A stretch of DNA of 64,000 nt from Azolla caroliniana (lineage: Eukaryota; Plantae; Polypodiophyta), in assembly GCA_043228905.1 (NCBI GenBank), contig JBHGNT010000004.1:24428001-24492000 (forward strand). The letters run 5' to 3'. Of the stretch, positions 58,841 through 64,000 are shown one piece after another. Both the position numbers and the translations under genes were made by a program. Position 1 is the stretch's first letter. Each line of letters starts with the position of its first letter. A model generated the notes under the pieces. That model had not been told where the DNA came from and did no database searches. It worked only from the letters and a program-made list of their open reading frames with translations.

Positions 58841-60554
58841 CCATGGACAATTGTACTCGGCATACAAAGTAATAACTCGCAATCACCTTCAGGTTCCCAT
58901 GTTGTAGAAGATGAATATTGTTTAGCATACAAATGCGTAGAACCACTTATTTCATTTTTCTTTATCATAAAAATGTGATTGAAGCTTATATTGTTTAACT
59001 GGGCGGCACTTTAACATTCCCAACACCCCCATCTGATATATATCTCTTAAAGTCATATACCTCCTTCAAGTGTAACACTTTTGGGCGTGGTGTATATGCA
59101 TCATAAATGACATCAAATAGTTTTGGTAATGTGAAAGCATCATGCCGAGACAACAGTTTGGAGAATGTGCTAAACATATGATCTATATGATCATGTGTGT
59201 GGCCAACCAAAAGAAAATTGACTTTCACTTTTCTAAACAATCCTTGGTTGACCAACATACTTAGACAGCCAAACTCAGTTGAATTTTTGTTCTCTCTAGT
59301 AGTATTGTCCAATTGAATGTATAGAACAGGGGGGAACGGTTGGCCCCATGACATCAAAACTTGGTGAATCACTGTAACTGTTAGGTTAGGGTCATTGTGA
59401 ACATTGGGGTATGTAATGAAGATGTGAGGTCCAACTAACCTATTATAAGCCAAGCATCCCACCAAGTGCATTTGAACAAGGCACTCATCATTGATGTCTT
59501 TGGGGAGCCTCCGCATATGTGGCAAGCACGTCTTCTTTTGGTCTATGCCATCTATCATTAAGCACATGTATTGTTAGGGCCTCTTCAAACACTTCTCTCT
59601 ATGATGCATCGCCTTCTTTCATTCTAACGATTGTGCCTCACGATGCCCCTGTAGTAACTTCTTACGCATATCCTTTTCCATTGATGTCTTTGCACCTTTA
59701 GCCAAACTTTTAAGATTTGCACAAATGGAGCAATACCCCATGCGCACTTTACGTGGAATGATAACATTTGAAAACTGAGCACTCCATAATCTTGTGAATT
59801 GGTTATATGTGACAGATTTATTACGTGAGCCCACCATATCAGATTGATAGACATCATAAACTTCCCGACGTGTGTAATTATCAGAGAGGTGCATCCTACC
59901 TGTAGTGGGCATTACTTCACAATTTAACTGAAAGTAACTTTTCATCCAACCAATAGCATGTCTTCCACTTGCACCTTTCATACTTGGAACCTCTTTACAA
60001 TTGAGCATCTGATCCCCGCTAAGTAGACGTTTTTGTACTCTATGTAGCCACATGTTACTAACACATGACACAATTTTGAATGCAACTCTACATATTTGTT
60101 GTGCATGGAAGATATAATACTCAAATGATACTTTGATCCCCGTACATTTGTCAGACACTAGTTGCATATGTGACCCGAGGTAAGTGTCTTGGTCATCACC
60201 AGTCATCGAAAATAGTATCGCCTTAATTCTCGCAACTTTGATTTTCCAATCAAAGACATACAACCACAAGCACAACATATTTTGTTGACATCAAATCCAA
60301 TATGCTTATCTGATGTCACCAAGTTAAATCTGGCCAGACGAATTCTACGTGGGATTCTTCTAATATGCATAGGACTTCCAGATTTCTCTTCTTGCATAGA
60401 AGTTGGAGTAACCTTGTTACAATCCAATTCTTTGTTGTGACCATCGCCCATGATATTCGATGTTTCATTGGCACTACTTTCATTCTCCGTATCTTTATTA
60501 ATATCGTATTCTTCAATAGAGAACTCTTCACATGTGTTGTAGGTGAAGATGAGC

Positions 60555-60706
60555 TCAGACAATACTCTTCGATAGAAATGGGTGAGTCTATCGACAAACA
60601 ATATTCTTCGATAGAAAATGGTGAGTCTATCGACAGACAATACTCTTCGGTAGAAAACGAAGAGTCTGATGACAAACAATATTCTTCAATCGAGAACGGT
60701 GAGTCT
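60555..60706 (-). repeat. 39-bp tandem repeat x4 at the transposase 5' end
   Basis: Reads (SIEEYCLSIDSPF)-like x4 in ORF 60316-60714. Confidence 0.85.
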
Positions 60707-60930
60707 TCACTCATGGCTTAAGGTCCATTGAGAGCTCTTTAAGTTATGTGCTTGGGCCAATATAAAAAATTGATAATGTCTTCTCTAAACATAAACTCCT
60801 CTCTAAACAGAAGCTCCCTCAATATAATGTCTATATTATTTAATATTATATTAATACAATAAATAAAGATATTATTTTTAATATAATAAATTTAGGAATG
60901 CGCTATTTGCCCCTCCTAAAAATACAAACC

Positions 60931-61032
60931 TTTTGGCTATTTTGGCCCCCCTATTTTGGCTAAACCACCACCACATCCCCCCTCCCCGCCCCCTAAAAAA
61001 AAATGGGGGGGGGGGGGCTAAAATAGCCAAAA
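60931..61032. repeat. Small inverted repeat in the divergent intergenic region
   Basis: TTTTGGCTATTTTGGCCCCCC ... GGGGGGCTAAAATAGCCAAAA. Confidence 0.7.
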
Positions 61033-61407
61033 TAGCCTTTTCAATCATTGGTTCATTCATGGCCACATCTTTAATACAAAACATTAGAGTCATAAAAATG
61101 TTGCTTTAAGTATTCAATCATTGTTTCATTCATGAACCTCTATCATTGTTTCCTTCATGACCTTCAAAGGCATTGTATGTTAGTTTGAGTATAAAATAAT
61201 CATTAATATGTTAGTTTGAGTATTTAATCATTGATTCATTCATAAGCATCATTTAATTTAAATCCATTAGAGAGTCATTGGTACATTCAAGATTATGTAC
61301 TATATAAAGTAACTAACTAACTCTTTCTTAGGTCTAACTAACTAACCTTAAGCTTACCAACCCTAGTTAAAGTGATTGTGGTTACTTTAACCATAGTGGT
61401 CAATCCT

Positions 61408-61415
61408 TATAAATA
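61408..61415 (+). promoter_or_regulatory. TATA box of the ParB-like gene
   Basis: CCTTATAAATAGG about 30 nt before a TCACTCA initiator-like site and 135 nt before the ATG at 61550. Confidence 0.55.
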
Positions 61416-61549
61416 GGAAGACGTCCTCATTTCTCAATCACTCACGTGCAGAACAGAGCACACAAGCACACAGAGCAGACAAAGCACAAAGAGCCCATAG
61501 CACGCAACACCAAATTGTCATCTCCCCCTAAGCATCGACAACGAGAATC

Positions 61550-64000
61550 ATGTCTTCGAAGAAAATCGAGCACCAAGAATCCAGGTAAGTGCTTGGCAGT
61601 CCAAACATTTTTGTAAATATGTTTTAGCACTCAAGAACTCGATACGGCGTATCGAGTTCCTGTATAAAACACAAACTGTGTACAGGAACTTGATACGGCG
61701 TATCGAGTTCATGTTTAAAGTTTGTAGGAACTTGATACGGCGTATCGAGTTCATGTTTAAAGTTTGTGTTTTAAACAGGAACTCGATACGCCGTATCGAG
61801 TTCCTGTTTAGAGTTTGTGTTTTATACGTAACGAGTTCCTGTTTAAAGTTTGTGTTTTACACAGGAATTCGATACGGCATATCGAGTTCCTGTTTAAAGT
61901 TTGTGTTTTACACAAGAACTCGATACGCCGTATCAAGTTCCTGTTTAAAGTTTGTGTTTCAAACAAGAACTCGATACGGCTTATCAAGTTCTTGTTTAAA
62001 TTTTCTATTACATACGGGAACTCGATACTGCGGATCGAGTTCCTGTGTAAAGTATGTGTTTTATACATGAACTCGATACCTTGTATCGAGTTCATGTTTA
62101 AATTTTGTGTTTTATACATGAACTCAATATGCCGTATCGAGTTATTGTATAAAACACAAAATTTAAATAGGAATATTGTGTCTTTGGGGGAACAATTTGG
62201 TATGTGTGAAAAGATACCAATTTTATGTCCAATTCAGACTTTTTTAGTGACATTTGTTACATTTTGTAACATTTAGCGGCCTTACTTAAAAAGGTTTTAT
62301 GACCTATAATAGCTTAAAATAATAGAAAATAACCCATGAATTACCTTTATGATATACCAAATTTAAGTCTATCGTATTAAAATTCTCAACAATATGGATA
62401 TGGAATCAATATAAGCCATACCTACCCTTCAATATCATACATATCCTGGTATAATTATTAAGATATATAATTTTCGAAGTTGAATAGCCCTTACTAGATT
62501 TAAATTCTGAATAAAGGTCTATCATGTTCACAGAAGGTATGATTGATATTTAGAGTTTAGCATAAATCGCCTACTAATTTTTGTCTTGATCTACTTATGT
62601 ATATTTTAATAAGTAACCTTAATCTAGGGAACCAACTAGCTTATATTTTCGCACGTCCTTTCTTAAATAGGTCATTTGAGAACTTGTCGGACCGACCTGT
62701 GAAGAAAATAAAGCTCCGGCTTCAGGGCTCTCCAATTGAGACCCGGAAACTAATAGTTCCTCAGAACATGAAGAGAGGAAAAAAAACTTCTCTTTAACGA
62801 GGAGACAAAATCTCAACCATCTGATGATGTTAGCCAAAAGAAAATGTTAGCAGCTACTGGTGGTGAGGGCCTTCCTGACCGTGATCTAACGGAAAAGGAA
62901 TGGTGTATGTAGTACGTCGACTCCAACAAAAAAGTCGTGCTTTATACAGCAAAGAAGAAGGGTGATGATCAGCTTGAAAATGACACCGCATTTATGTATG
63001 GCCATATTCTACGATTTGACTAAGAATGTTTAGATTCAACCAACATTCTTGTAATGATAGAGTGCTCGAAGGGGGTACGTAAAGTGTACCTTTCTGAAGA
63101 TCGACTAGTAAAGGAATCTTGTGGGCCAGAATCTTTTAAAAAAGATCTACGAAGCTCACAAAACCTTATTGTCACCTTGAGGCCTTATATACAAGGCCAT
63201 GTAACTCTAAGGGAGCCCTTTCCCTCCCTAGTGAAGGCCTCGAAAAGGGCATCTAAAGTGCAATCAAGACCAGCAAAAAAGAAGACCACTAAAATGTCAG
63301 ACTCCGACTCATGAAGCTCAAATGAAGATGAGGACACTAGGGGGACACCAGGTGTTGAGCTGGCATCGAGTGTGTTGTCATCCAAGTAGAATAAGATACG
63401 GAGAGAGTTAATGCAGCATAAATTGGTGAGAAAAGGGCAAGTGTTTAATTTGCCTATAACACACATCCATCGGCCCCCTGTAGATGAAAAAACAGGACGA
63501 AGACCACTTGAGATCAGAGAGCCACACCGAATGCATGTTCAAAATCTCAAGAAAAAAATGAAAATTAATCCACATGCTACCGTTGTGTCTTTTATTGTTA
63601 TGGTGGATCCCGAAGAATGTGAAGCCACTAAAGAATTCAACATAAGAAAGCATGATCAATACAATTACTTTGTAATTGGAAGATCGCATTCGGCGGAGGC
63701 ACGTCAGCAACTTGTGAGAGAACATCCAATGACTTTCTTCTTCAAGTATGCCGAGTGCAAAATTTAGGTGTGCCTCAAAACTGAAGAGGCAAAGCTATTG
63801 GCATGGGACCACAATAATGATAATGACTATAGGGAGAAAATGTCATCGATTGAGCGTATAAGGTTCTTCCACCACTATTACTTGGACGTCAAACAAAAGT
63901 TCGGTGTGAAGCTACATCCAGGCCTACGACGTCAATGCTAGCATGAAGTCGGCATTGTGGTGGATGATAATGTTAAGTCCGATGGTCTTCGGAAATATGA
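61550..64000 (+). pseudogene. Spliced gene encoding a ParB/Srx-like domain protein, decayed and running off the window edge
   Basis: Exon1 61550-61584 (donor AG|GTAAGT), intron to 62627, exon2 in phase. 63411-64000 reads HVQNLKKKMKINP..FIVMVDP..YFVIGRSHSAEARQQL..EEAKLLAWDHN, resembling the ParB N-terminal fold. Stops are mostly explicable as CAG/CGA>TAG/TGA. Confidence 0.6.
61632..62173. repeat. ~51-bp tandem array of palindromes (10 full + 1 partial)
   Basis: Consensus ACAGGAACTCGATAC-GGC-GTATCGAGTTCCTGT plus linker TTAAAGTTTGTGTTTTAT. The first and last linkers are inverted. Confidence 0.93.

Larger units (their letters stand above)
57267..60714 (-). pseudogene. Sola-like DDD transposase (DUF7869-like core), disrupted by stops, frameshifts and a solo LTR
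   Basis: Putative catalytic motifs MIDGIDQ, LYIQLDNTTRENKN and FLLVGHTHDHID; upstream YCSIC and ICCACGC cysteine motifs. Superfamily assignment is from motif recall. Confidence 0.72.

Noticed and set aside
61632-62173. CRISPR array
   Set aside because: The linkers between palindromes are themselves repeated rather than unique spacers, there are no cas genes, and the context is eukaryotic.
61548-62276. Repetitive ORFs (NSIRRIEFL...) on both strands
   Set aside because: Artefacts of the 51-bp palindromic array.

Overview
This is eukaryotic, TE-dense plant nuclear DNA; the element families and gene style suggest a seed-free plant such as a fern (inference). The one clear host gene is an intronless OVATE-family protein (20418-22592, -). 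The rest is nested transposable elements. (1) A Tork-like Ty1/copia element (1566-15141) carries a young, ORF-intact non-chromoviral Ty3/gypsy element (4720-12631). (2) A degenerate LINE lies at about 15.6-19 kb. (3) A chromovirus (34309-~50200) hosts a second copia (35819-48406), which in turn hosts a copia solo LTR and a GC-rich relative of the first gypsy (40624-47662). (4) A ~1.35-kb foldback element hosts a hAT MITE, which hosts a gypsy solo LTR. (5) A second chromovirus 3' half and a LINE fragment follow. (6) At the right end, a decayed Sola-like DDD transposase gene is divergently paired with an intron-containing ParB/Srx-like pseudogene whose intron carries an array of palindromes; this runs off the window edge. 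The most interesting signals are: the transposase + ParB-like + palindrome-array unit; frameshift pseudoknots conserved in structure but not sequence in both gypsy elements, one in a -2 (arterivirus-like G_GUU_UUU) configuration; an apparent N-CG-N 4-bp target preference of that gypsy lineage; and tRNA-like A/B-box modules inside its LTR. All protein family calls come from motif recognition by eye; no database search was run.
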